64,000 nucleotides of DNA from Bryobacteraceae bacterium (GTDB taxonomy: Bacteria > Acidobacteriota > Terriglobia > Bryobacterales > Bryobacteraceae), in assembly GCA_049511415.1 (NCBI GenBank), contig JBEKYC010000013.1, positions 9,176 through 73,175 on the forward strand, given 5' to 3'. The translations under genes were made by a program, and so were the position numbers. Numbering within the stretch: the first letter of the stretch is position 1; every line of letters begins with the position of its first letter. Shown here piece after piece: positions 17,690 to 26,341 of the stretch. The notes under the pieces were generated by a model. The model saw only the letters and a program-made list of their open reading frames with translations. It searched no databases and was not told where the DNA came from.

Positions 17690-19402
17690 TCACTTCTTTT
17701 GAAAATCAGGCGATCCCAGCGCGACGCCCGCGTCAGGGCCGGCGTTCTCCACCTTCACGCCGGGCACTTTATTATTCGCCAGCGCCACCGCGAAGTTCAT
17801 GCGCGCCAGCAATCCGGCCGAATTCAGCCAATCCTGGCTGGTGTTCGGATACCCGGTCGGCTCGGTTTTCCGGTACAGCGGCTGCCCCAGTTGCACCAAT
17901 TGATTGTTCAGACCGAACGTGAAATCCACGTCTCCGCCCACCTGGCGCACCGAACTGGCCACCATTTCGAGCGGCGATTTGATCTTAGTGCGATACGCGC
18001 CGCGCGACCAGAACTCCGGCGAATCGAACATGGTCTTCAACACCGCGCGGATGTCGCCATCCTTCTTCAGGAACGTGGCCGCCATGCGATCCACCAGCGC
18101 GGCGGGCGGATCGTCGGCCACGAAACGGGTCGCCAGCTCTCGCGAAATAAAATGCGCCGTGGAGGGATGATGCGCCAGCAACCGGATCACTTTGTGCCCA
18201 TCCTCGATGCCGCCGCCCGCCGGGATTCTCTCTCCCAGTACGATCTTTTCGCCGTTATCATGCATGCGCGGGTTGAACTCGAACTCCGCCGCCACTTGCG
18301 GTTGGCGAATCGTCCATCCCGTGAAACAGCGGGCCACCTCGGTGACATCCATCTGCGTATAACCGCCATCCACGCCGAGCGTGTGCAGTTCCAGCAATTC
18401 GCGCCCGTAGTTCTCATTCAATCCGCGATGCTGCCGCATGCCGCCCGGCGTATCCGCACCCGCGGATTGCCAGTTGTCGAGATAAAACAGCATGGCGGGG
18501 CTTTGTGCCGTGGCGCGCAGCAAATCTTCGAAGCGCCCCAAGGCGTGCGGACGAATCGCGTCGCGCTCGTACGCCGTCACCAGATAATGATCCGCGCCCT
18601 TCTCCAGGAACACGTTGAAGTGGTTGTACCAGAAATCCGTCAGAACCTCTTCCAGTTGCCGGCCGCTGTAAACCGCGCGCAGAAGCTTGGCCTCCAGCAG
18701 ATCCTGCGCCACCACCGCCTGCGGTCCATTCGAGGTTTGAATCCGGCGGCGCAGTCCTTCGGGTGCGGCTGCATAGAGTTGCATCCGCATTCCTTGTCCC
18801 ATGGACTCCAGCAACTGATCCTGGCGCTCCCGCGGCAGCGACGCAAACAGATCCAGCTTCTCCGTGGGAGTTCCAGCGCGAAAAGCGCGCAGTTCCTGCG
18901 GATCCATTAGTGTCTCCAGCGCCGGTGCGGATGGGGACGCGCCAGCCTGGCCGTCTTTGCCCGCCAACCGCTCCACCAGCTTGTGGATCATCATCTGCTT
19001 ATCGGGATCTTCGGGATAGGGCAGCTTGCCCGCCACCATAGCCTTGACGATGCCTGGAGACGGATAGCTCTTCAACATGTTCGCCGTGCTCATGCGGAGC
19101 GTGTCGAGCGGCCGGAGTTTGGCTTCCAACACCGGATTCTCCGGGATGCGATCCGGATGCAGTTGCAGGTCGATCCATTTCTTTAGACCCAACCTTCGCA
19201 CCTGCTCCGCATCCCCCGGCCGGGGGCCGAACGTCAGCCGGTTGAGCGCCTGTTGGATCTTCTCATCGTGGCTCAGCGGTTGGCGGAACTGCGCGCTCGC
19301 CAGAGCTGGTGTCTTGTCCTTCCGGGCGATCGCCGGGATGCCCGCCCCCAAGTAAACGGCCAGAATCACGACGGCGGCCGAAAACGATTGTGTGCGGGGC
19401 AT
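17690..19402 (-). CDS. DUF1800 domain-containing protein
   Basis: 570 aa. 'LTDFWYNHFNV', 'NENYGRELLELHTLGVDGGYTQ.DV' are typical DUF1800 motifs. Forms the classic DUF1800-DUF1501 pair. Confidence 0.9.
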   Translation of the reverse strand: MPRTQSFSAAVVILAVYLGAGIPAIARKDKTPALASAQFRQPLSHDEKIQQALNRLTFGPRPGDAEQVRRLGLKKWIDLQLHPDRIPENPVLEAKLRPLDTLRMSTANMLKSYPSPGIVKAMVAGKLPYPEDPDKQMMIHKLVERLAGKDGQAGASPSAPALETLMDPQELRAFRAGTPTEKLDLFASLPRERQDQLLESMGQGMRMQLYAAAPEGLRRRIQTSNGPQAVVAQDLLEAKLLRAVYSGRQLEEVLTDFWYNHFNVFLEKGADHYLVTAYERDAIRPHALGRFEDLLRATAQSPAMLFYLDNWQSAGADTPGGMRQHRGLNENYGRELLELHTLGVDGGYTQMDVTEVARCFTGWTIRQPQVAAEFEFNPRMHDNGEKIVLGERIPAGGGIEDGHKVIRLLAHHPSTAHFISRELATRFVADDPPAALVDRMAATFLKKDGDIRAVLKTMFDSPEFWSRGAYRTKIKSPLEMVASSVRQVGGDVDFTFGLNNQLVQLGQPLYRKTEPTGYPNTSQDWLNSAGLLARMNFAVALANNKVPGVKVENAGPDAGVALGSPDFQKK

Positions 19403-19436
19403 TTGTATTTATAAACGCGGTTGCCCCACGGCAAGT

Positions 19437-19490
19437 TGCGGAACGGCGCATTAACTCCTGGTAATCCGGGCTTTAATTCACCGTTCCGCA
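19437..19490. repeat. 10-bp perfect inverted repeat (TGCGGAACGG / CCGTTCCGCA) with 34-nt spacer containing an inner ATTAA/TTAAT pair
   Basis: Read directly. Lies in the 136-nt gap between the stop of 19539..21842 and the start of the DUF1800 gene. Confidence 0.6.
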
Positions 19491-19538
19491 CGTAGGTCGC
19501 GCAACGTCTGGCTGGCTATTCCATAGCCCACGCAGCAC

Positions 19539-21842
19539 TCATGGTTTGGCGGCCGCGCCACAAGGGCAGCGTTGGACGACGTGAAGCTTCTCGGGGCTGG
19601 TGCTGGCCAGAAACACGCTGTGCGGACCGGGCATATAGCTGGCCGTCACCTGATGTGTACCTACCTTGAGCCGCGAGGTCTCCCATGTTGCCCGGCCCTT
19701 GGAGTCGAGCGGGACAGGTTTGCCCGCGTCCGCGCGGTCAACCGCAAACTGGATGGACCCGGCCGGAGCGCCCGTTGCCGTCGACGAACTTGGTCTGACA
19801 AAAGCGGTGAAGGTGACAGATTCTCCGACCTGTGAAGGATCGGGATCATCGGCCAAGGTCGTGGTCGTCGAGTCGTTCTGGACCCGCTGGGCGGCCACGT
19901 AAGCGGTGGCGAAGCCGAGGTTGCCGGTGGCCCTCACGTCGAAGATACAGTCGGCGTGCGTGTTCTTGTCCGTAACTTGCCGGCACGCTTCTTCGGCGGC
20001 GCCCGCGCTGACTGGCCGTTCCGCCTTTGAATTCGGAGCAACGCAGGGAGGCTCCTCGGAGGGCCAATCCCTCATTGTGAAGGTATTCGTTGACGTGCCC
20101 GGCGCGTAGTCGAACAGGCTATCTCTGTCTGAGACGCGCCAAGCATCCGCGAATTTCTTGTAGAGAGCGATGTAGCGATCTTGCAGGGAAGCCGGCATCG
20201 GCCCCATCGATGTTCCGTCCGGGAGCGAGGGCAGCCAACTGCCCGCGGCAATAGCGCCCGCTATCCCACGCCCGGTATCTGCGCTGTCCGCGCTCACGAG
20301 ACCGAGATTGAGGACATTCACATCAAGGAACCATTTGCTCTGTGAAGTCCACCACTCTGGGGTCACGAGGAGGGTTTTGCCGTCGGGAAAATCAACTTCC
20401 AGAGCGCCGCCGGCTGCGGGGACAACGCGCCCGCCGCTACCGAGAGCCATTCCCTGCGGGCCCACCGCAGTCAGGGCGCCATCGATGCGAAGCTGGAGCC
20501 CGCCGGGATCGGGCACGCCGTTCAGATTGGGCTCCCAGGTAACGCGGTGCTCACCGACGCGAGCGGCAACGGCCGTATTGATGCTGACACAAGTCGCGAG
20601 ACCGTCATGCGCATCGGGATTGGGGAAGAAGTTGGTCGAGATGGGCGTTTGGCGCGTCTGAATCTCTAAACCGCCGGCATCCCGCAGAGACACGAACTCT
20701 CCGGCTCCCTGGAAGTCGTAATGTGTTCCATCCGTGGTGGTGATGTGAGGGTCGCCTACCAGTCCCGCGCTGCCGCACGTCGCCGTATGGCCGGCATTGG
20801 TTTCCATAAACTGGACGTTCGGCGATGCCCCGCCGTAGGGACAGCATGGGCTGACTAGGGTGAGGTTGTTCGTCTCACCCGTGAAGCTGGCGCTCAAGCA
20901 GGAGGGGGCAGCCGTGCTGGTCCCACTATCCACGCTGGTCTTGACCACTACTGTCGAACCGCCGCCGAAGTTGGCCTCGGATCCACATCCGTCGCCGAAG
21001 ATATTGAACTCGGCGTCCTGCCAGGATTGCGACAGATTCAGAAGACTGGCCGCGCCCACCGCGTTCAGATTGCCGTCCGGCGTCGTCAGCAGCAGCGTAT
21101 CGTTGCCGCCCGAGTCAGCCGTGGCGGTCAGAACGGTTTGGGTCAGATCCGCAATCGTCAGGGCGCCGGAGATGCCCACGCCAATGCTGCTGTTTGTATA
21201 GCAATCGACCTCGCTGGCATTCGATGGCGAAGGAAACGATCCCCACCCTGCCAGACACGCCGTCCCGGTTGTGCCGTAGTTTTCCAGCCAGTACTGCATG
21301 TATGCTTGCTGGGCGTTGTTGTCGTACACGAACTGCTGCCAACCCCGGCACAACGCCGGTGTCGAGCCGACAACCCCGCTATTGCAGACCGAGGTTGTGA
21401 AGGTGTTCGCGTTGAGCTGGAGTGTAAATGCGTTGGCCACATTCGTCGCAGTTGGGACGCTGCAACTGGCTCCGCTGTAGGTATTTCCCGTCTCGGTTGC
21501 CCCAGGAGTGATTCGCAGGAACGTGCCCTCCGCCGTGGAGATGAGACCCGACACCTGAGCCGAGATATCGTTAGTGCCACCCCCACCCACGGTATTCGGT
21601 TTGGGTTTTCCCCCGCGCCCCGGCAGCGGATAGGATGGCGGGGCCTTGCACGGAACCTCCCGCCATTCGGTGCTCGGATACGATGCCTGGAAGCACCCTT
21701 TCTTCGGCAATGCGGTGCGCGACATGGATTTACGCCACGCCGTCCGCGCCTCCTGATCCGTGGACTGCGCCAGGCACAGGCTACTGCTTGCCATCCACAT
21801 CAAAGCTACAGCGACGAACGACAGATACCCGCGGTTGCACAT
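19539..21842 (-). CDS. large secreted protein with von Willebrand factor type D (VWD) domain and C-terminal bacterial Ig-like domain
   Basis: ATG 21842 after AAGGAG gives signal MCNRGYLSFVAVALMWMASSSLCLAQS. 'GDPHITTTDGTHYDFQGAGEF' is the VWD GDPH motif. C-terminal 'VTFTAFV..GSIQFAVD..GTHQVTASY' is Big-like. Confidence 0.8.
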   Translation of the reverse strand: MCNRGYLSFVAVALMWMASSSLCLAQSTDQEARTAWRKSMSRTALPKKGCFQASYPSTEWREVPCKAPPSYPLPGRGGKPKPNTVGGGGTNDISAQVSGLISTAEGTFLRITPGATETGNTYSGASCSVPTATNVANAFTLQLNANTFTTSVCNSGVVGSTPALCRGWQQFVYDNNAQQAYMQYWLENYGTTGTACLAGWGSFPSPSNASEVDCYTNSSIGVGISGALTIADLTQTVLTATADSGGNDTLLLTTPDGNLNAVGAASLLNLSQSWQDAEFNIFGDGCGSEANFGGGSTVVVKTSVDSGTSTAAPSCLSASFTGETNNLTLVSPCCPYGGASPNVQFMETNAGHTATCGSAGLVGDPHITTTDGTHYDFQGAGEFVSLRDAGGLEIQTRQTPISTNFFPNPDAHDGLATCVSINTAVAARVGEHRVTWEPNLNGVPDPGGLQLRIDGALTAVGPQGMALGSGGRVVPAAGGALEVDFPDGKTLLVTPEWWTSQSKWFLDVNVLNLGLVSADSADTGRGIAGAIAAGSWLPSLPDGTSMGPMPASLQDRYIALYKKFADAWRVSDRDSLFDYAPGTSTNTFTMRDWPSEEPPCVAPNSKAERPVSAGAAEEACRQVTDKNTHADCIFDVRATGNLGFATAYVAAQRVQNDSTTTTLADDPDPSQVGESVTFTAFVRPSSSTATGAPAGSIQFAVDRADAGKPVPLDSKGRATWETSRLKVGTHQVTASYMPGPHSVFLASTSPEKLHVVQRCPCGAAAKP

Positions 21843-22204
21843 AGGTTCTCCTTTGCCCGGCGTTGAATTTGCGCCTGGCTCTCTGCTCTTCTGACGGGTT
21901 GTGATTCCCCGTACCACGCTGGAGTGACCGGGAGGAACGAAACGTTTCACATCGCGGCTGCGATGCCGCTAACTATGGTTGCGGCGGGCACAGTCATTCC
22001 GGCCTGCCAGCGCATCTCCGGGCCGCACTGCAAGATAAGCCGATGCATAAAAATTCGAACACGAGCCGTAACGAATTCTCCACTCGATTCACTCTGCAAA
22101 CGAGAAGGCCGGGACACAGAGCAGTTGTGGAGGCACGCGTGACCGGATCTTGTCCAGAATGATTCCTAAGTACGCCAGATTCTGACGAAAGGAAAGGTTG
22201 AATT

Positions 22205-23347
22205 ATGCCTATCGGATTCAGATACCACTTCGAAGAAATCGGGCCGCTGCCTCTTAGCGGCTACGATCCTGACAACGTTGCATGGTTCCCGTCCGCCATA
22301 AACGACGAGGGAACCGTAGTCGGCGGCGCATATCTCGATGCCGCGCAAGCCAGTAACCTCCATGCTTTTTCGTTCACGACGAGGAGGCGCGTCGTTTTTC
22401 TGAGCGTCGGACTGCCTCCCGGTCCGGCCAGCAACGCGACAGGGATCAACGCCGCGGGCCAGATAGGGTACTGGATCGATCAGAGCGGCGGCGAAGGGGG
22501 CTACGCGCCTGGGATCTTCACCGACCACCACCCGGGCGGGCCACATGTGACCCCATTGCCGCTCGTCCCCGGCTACACGAACTTCCCCCCGCCCGTCAAT
22601 CCATACCCGACGACATACTTCACATTCGGAATCAACGGCCGCGGACAGGTCGTTGGTTATGCGGCCACACTCAATCCCGGTGGCTCATGGAATGCGGGCG
22701 GCTATTCCCAGGTTCCATTTTTGTCTGACAATCGAGCGGCAATAAGCCTCGGATCTCTCGGCGATATTAGTGCCGGCCAGATTGGAATCGCGTACGCGAT
22801 AAACGATCGCGCCGAGGTTGTTGGTTCTTCCCAAACGGGCGCTGACCTGGGGCCGTCGCCGCCGGCGGGGCCCGGGCACGCATTCCTTTATCGCGCAGCA
22901 ACCGGGATTCAGGACTTGAATAACCTCACGAATAGTCCCGCGTGGTTACTACAACAGGCGCGCGATATCAATGCGCTCGGCGAGATTGTCGGCTATGGGA
23001 CGTTGAATCCATCAACTGTGCAACGAGCCTTCCACTACGAGCACGGCATCGTCCGCGATCTGGGTACGTTCTGGAATGGGGGAGCCAGCCAGGCCAACGG
23101 CATCAGCAATCGCGGCGAGATCGTTGGCTATGCTACCTTGAGTTCCGGCAGCCAGGTAGCATGCATCTTTTTCGAGAGGTTCGGTCCGGTGGACCTGAAC
23201 CATTACATCGACCCGGCGCTCGGATGGCACCTTACCGATGCGGTGGCCGTCAATAACGTGGGTCAGATCGTCGGTTACTGCGTTCGCAAGCACGATGCCG
23301 GCCTGCCCCAACGCGGGTTTCTATTAACCCCGGCGACGCATTTTTGA
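22205..23347 (+). CDS. HAF-family repeat protein
   Basis: About 7 repeats ending in 'G(Q/E)(I/V)VGY', with interspersed 'HAF' motifs (LHAFSF, GHAFLY, RAFHY). An in-frame TGA lies 2 codons upstream of the ATG, so no signal peptide is possible. Confidence 0.75.
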   Translation: MPIGFRYHFEEIGPLPLSGYDPDNVAWFPSAINDEGTVVGGAYLDAAQASNLHAFSFTTRRRVVFLSVGLPPGPASNATGINAAGQIGYWIDQSGGEGGYAPGIFTDHHPGGPHVTPLPLVPGYTNFPPPVNPYPTTYFTFGINGRGQVVGYAATLNPGGSWNAGGYSQVPFLSDNRAAISLGSLGDISAGQIGIAYAINDRAEVVGSSQTGADLGPSPPAGPGHAFLYRAATGIQDLNNLTNSPAWLLQQARDINALGEIVGYGTLNPSTVQRAFHYEHGIVRDLGTFWNGGASQANGISNRGEIVGYATLSSGSQVACIFFERFGPVDLNHYIDPALGWHLTDAVAVNNVGQIVGYCVRKHDAGLPQRGFLLTPATHF

Positions 23348-23412
23348 GAATGGCCGTCGCGCGAGGCCGTCCTATCCGGATATGGACTGAAGAATGCGCC
23401 AACCCACCGATG

Positions 23413-23733
23413 CTATTGGCGCTGTTCGGGCGGTTGCGGATATGACGGCGGGGTCGTGCACGGAACCTCCTGCCACTTGGTGCTCGGATACGATGCCTTG
23501 AAGCATCCCTTCTTTGGCAGAGGGGTCCGTGACATGGCCGCGCGCCAAGCCTCCCGGCTCACGGGCTGCGCGGGTGGCCGCTTCTTGGTCGCCCGCGAAG
23601 AGGAAGGACTCTGCGTTGCGGGTGCGGGCCCCGTCTGCTTGGAAGTTTGCGCCACGAGTGGGGAAAGCAGGCTCGCGACGACCATAATCCCAGGGATTGT
23701 GACGCGTCCGAGAGATGCTCCCGAAGATCTCAT
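23413..23733 (-). pseudogene. truncated paralog of the N-terminal module of the VWD protein (signal peptide + conserved 45-aa module only)
   Basis: 'EAWRAAMSRTPLPKKGCFKASYPSTKWQEVPCTTPPSYP' versus 'TAWRKSMSRTALPKKGCFQASYPSTEWREVPCKAPPSYP' in 19539..21842. DNA identity is also high. The ORF stops after 106 aa. Confidence 0.5.
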
Positions 23734-24029
23734 GGGCTGCCCTCTTTGACGACCGATTCGAGTCGTTCGTCCGCTTTGAGCCTAGCATCTGTAGAAATCC
23801 AAATCAACGCCGGTGGCCGGGCACCCGTGATTCTCTATACCGGGCAATGGCACACGCGACCCACCGTCTCACATCCCGCGTGCATTTCTTGAGCAGGCGA
23901 GCCGCATGGCTGCCTCCGGTGTTCTCGCCAGCGCCGCAGTCTCATTCGGCAAGCGCGTGGTGCAGATCCTCCAGCGCGGCTGTGCGCCGGCGTTGCCACT
24001 CCGGGTTGTGCGGCGAAACAAAATCGCGG

Positions 24030-24298
24030 GATGAGATTGACGTGGACGACGTCGCCGACCACATCGGCCACATTCGCAAAATCACGGGAATCGATCACAG
24101 CGGCTCGGATTTCTACGATATCGCTGCGGATTCGATGGCCATCGCTCTCGAAGATTTCACGCGAGGTCCGTATTTTGTTTTGCGGAGCTCCTGCGCCGCG
24201 GATATTCAGATAACGATCTTCAAAAATTCGCTGGACGCAATCACTTGCGCGCCATGCGCCGCATGGAGACGGTGACCGAACGCCTGCCGCGAAGCTAA
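24030..24298 (+). pseudogene. 3' remnant of a membrane dipeptidase (peptidase M19) gene, frameshifted
   Basis: Frame 3 reads 'DVDDVADHIGHIRKITGIDHSGSDF...ALEDFTR.PYF'. After about nt 24175 the homology continues in frame 2 as 'FAELLRRGYSDNDLQKFAGRNHLRAMRRME..*' (TAA 24296-24298). The N-terminal two thirds of the gene are absent. Confidence 0.55.
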
Positions 24299-25254
24299 CT
24301 CCGTAGCCGCATCACGAACCACGCCAGTCCGATCGCCAACAAGACCGACGCCGACACCGGTACAGGCTTTAGCGCCGCCAGGTGCCTCCTCAGATAGCCA
24401 AAGACCAGCGCGCAAACAGCGACCAAAACAATTTCCGCCAGCGCCGCGCCGGGCAGCACATACCAGTCCATGTACCCCGTAGCCCGCAGGAACAGCGCAA
24501 AATACAACCCGTGAAATGCGCCCAGGATCGTCACGATCAGCCAGCGCATGCCCGCTTTCGGCAGCAGCAGGATCTCCATCGCCAGATACGCAATCGTCAG
24601 CGCCGACGCGGCTTCCACGAATCGCGGCGCGGGTTGCCACGCGGTCCCGCGGACCACGGCCGCCGCTACCATCTGGCCCGCCAGAAACATGCCCGTCAGT
24701 AGAACCAGTTCCCGCCGGCTGCGCGCCGCCAGCGCCAGGCTGGCCAGAAAGAGCACCTGAACCGGACCACCCAGCGCCCGCAGAAAGCCGCCGCCAGCCT
24801 GCGTCACGGCGGTCTCCAGCACTGTCGGCGGACGAAAACGTAACGTCGCCCGCGGAAACGAAATGTCGAAAACCGCCTGGTCCCGTTTGCCGCCGTTGTC
24901 TGCGCGCAGCAAATGCACATGCGTGGGCACCGTGACGGCGGCAAAGGTGCAGTCGACTTCCAGGCTGTCCACCGGCGCGGCGAATTCATAGTCCGCCGCG
25001 CATACATAAGATCCCTGCGGCGCGTCCTCGTGGCACGATCCGCCCAGCATGCGCGCCGGCTGCCCCCCGCTCGTGAAGCGAATATGCGCAAAAAGCGATT
25101 GCTTGGGATCAGTGACGTGCGGCATCTCGTAGAGCGGCATGCGCAATTCGTAATGCCCGTGCGTGCCCTGGATGGTCAGGTCCCCCGAACTCATGCTCAT
25201 CACGTGCGCCGGCAATGCGTAAGGGATCAGCAGGAATCCGGCCGCGAGTTTCAT
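24295..25254 (-). CDS. membrane protein: His/Met-rich periplasmic N-terminal domain + about 6 TM C-terminal module (layout weakly HupE/UreJ_2-like)
   Basis: ATG 25254 overlaps the upstream stop (ATGA). Signal MKLAAGFLLIPYALPA, then 'HVMSMSSGDLTIQGTHGHYELRMPLYEMPH'. The listed 487-aa ORF is an artefactual upstream extension. Confidence 0.6.
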   Translation of the reverse strand: MKLAAGFLLIPYALPAHVMSMSSGDLTIQGTHGHYELRMPLYEMPHVTDPKQSLFAHIRFTSGGQPARMLGGSCHEDAPQGSYVCAADYEFAAPVDSLEVDCTFAAVTVPTHVHLLRADNGGKRDQAVFDISFPRATLRFRPPTVLETAVTQAGGGFLRALGGPVQVLFLASLALAARSRRELVLLTGMFLAGQMVAAAVVRGTAWQPAPRFVEAASALTIAYLAMEILLLPKAGMRWLIVTILGAFHGLYFALFLRATGYMDWYVLPGAALAEIVLVAVCALVFGYLRRHLAALKPVPVSASVLLAIGLAWFVMRLRS

Positions 25255-26321
25255 GTCACACTGGCGGGCGCCGGCGGCAGCCCAACCACCGTCACATGGC
25301 GTCTGCGGATGCGCCGGTACACCACCCGGATCAGCGCCAGCACTGGGACCGAAAGAAAAGCGCCCGGAATGCCCGCGATCTCGGCGCCGGCGAATACCCC
25401 GAACAACACCAGCAAAGGATGCAATTGGACGCCGGCCCGCATGACAAAAGGAGCCAGACCATAATCCTGGAAAACGCGATAGATCAGCAGGAAAATCAGT
25501 GCGCCCACTATCGGGCCGCTGCTCGCCGCGGTCACGATCAGGATGATAACGCCGGCCGTAACCGGGCCTATCATCGGTACGATCTCCAGCGCGGCCGCCA
25601 CGGCTGCCAGCAGAATGCTGTAGGGCACCCGCAAAATGGAAAAGAAAATCGAGTACGACGTGAAAGTGGCAAACGAAAGCGTCAGCAGCGACCGCATGTA
25701 CTGGGCCAGCAACAAATTCACGTCCGCCAGCAGATCGTCTACCAGCGTGCGCTGCCATTCGTCGTCTATCAAATCCAAAAAGTGCCGCGGAATCTCCCGG
25801 CCATCCTTCAGGAAGAAGAATCCGAGAATAGGAACAATGACTACGTAAACGATGTTGCCCGCTACACTGAGAATCTTGGCTCCCACGTTCGGCAGGTAAG
25901 CGAACAGGCTTCCGGAGCTCTTGGCGATCTGCCCCTGCACAGCTTGCACGATTTGCTGCTTGAGCGAATTGGCGCTCGCCGGAATGGCCGGCGCCGGCTG
26001 TCGCAGTTTGTCCAGCAGCGCCGGCATCGATTTGGCTAGTGCATTGGCCTGCTCGATGGCCCGCGATCCGATCTGTGTAATCGCCACGAACAGCACACCG
26101 ATGAAGATGACATAGGCGATGCCCAGAGCCCAGTTCCGCGTGCGGTCGGCCGGAATCAGGCGGTCAATCATGTTGACCAGCGGTGCTAACAGGTAGGCAA
26201 ACAGCAGTGCCACGATGAAGAGGAACAAAGTCCGCCGCATCAAATACACCAGACACATCAGCAGCAGCACCAGGGATGCCGTCCAGGTGTAGCGCGCGGC
26301 GCGCTTATCAATGCCCAGCAT
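25251..26321 (-). CDS. AI-2E family transporter (PerM/YhhT-like)
   Basis: 356 aa, 8 TM. 'LEIVPMIGPVTAGVI', 'RVFQDYGLAPFVM.AGVQLHPLLVLFGVFAGAEIAGIPGAFLSVPV' is the family signature. Confidence 0.9.
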   Translation of the reverse strand: MLGIDKRAARYTWTASLVLLLMCLVYLMRRTLFLFIVALLFAYLLAPLVNMIDRLIPADRTRNWALGIAYVIFIGVLFVAITQIGSRAIEQANALAKSMPALLDKLRQPAPAIPASANSLKQQIVQAVQGQIAKSSGSLFAYLPNVGAKILSVAGNIVYVVIVPILGFFFLKDGREIPRHFLDLIDDEWQRTLVDDLLADVNLLLAQYMRSLLTLSFATFTSYSIFFSILRVPYSILLAAVAAALEIVPMIGPVTAGVIILIVTAASSGPIVGALIFLLIYRVFQDYGLAPFVMRAGVQLHPLLVLFGVFAGAEIAGIPGAFLSVPVLALIRVVYRRIRRRHVTVVGLPPAPASVT

Positions 26322-26341
26322 AATCGCCTGTAGGCATTCTA

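Noticed and set aside
16491-18910. ORFs 16491..17615 (-, off-frame) and 17699..18910 (+) overlapping the DUF1501/DUF1800 genes
   Set aside because: Off-frame or antisense artefacts. The DUF1501 and DUF1800 frames carry family motifs and a Tat signal.
25255-25758. N-terminal 168-aa extension of listed ORF 24295..25758
   Set aside because: It overlaps the AI-2E transporter gene in another frame. ATG 25254 gives a proper signal peptide and an ATGA junction with the upstream stop.
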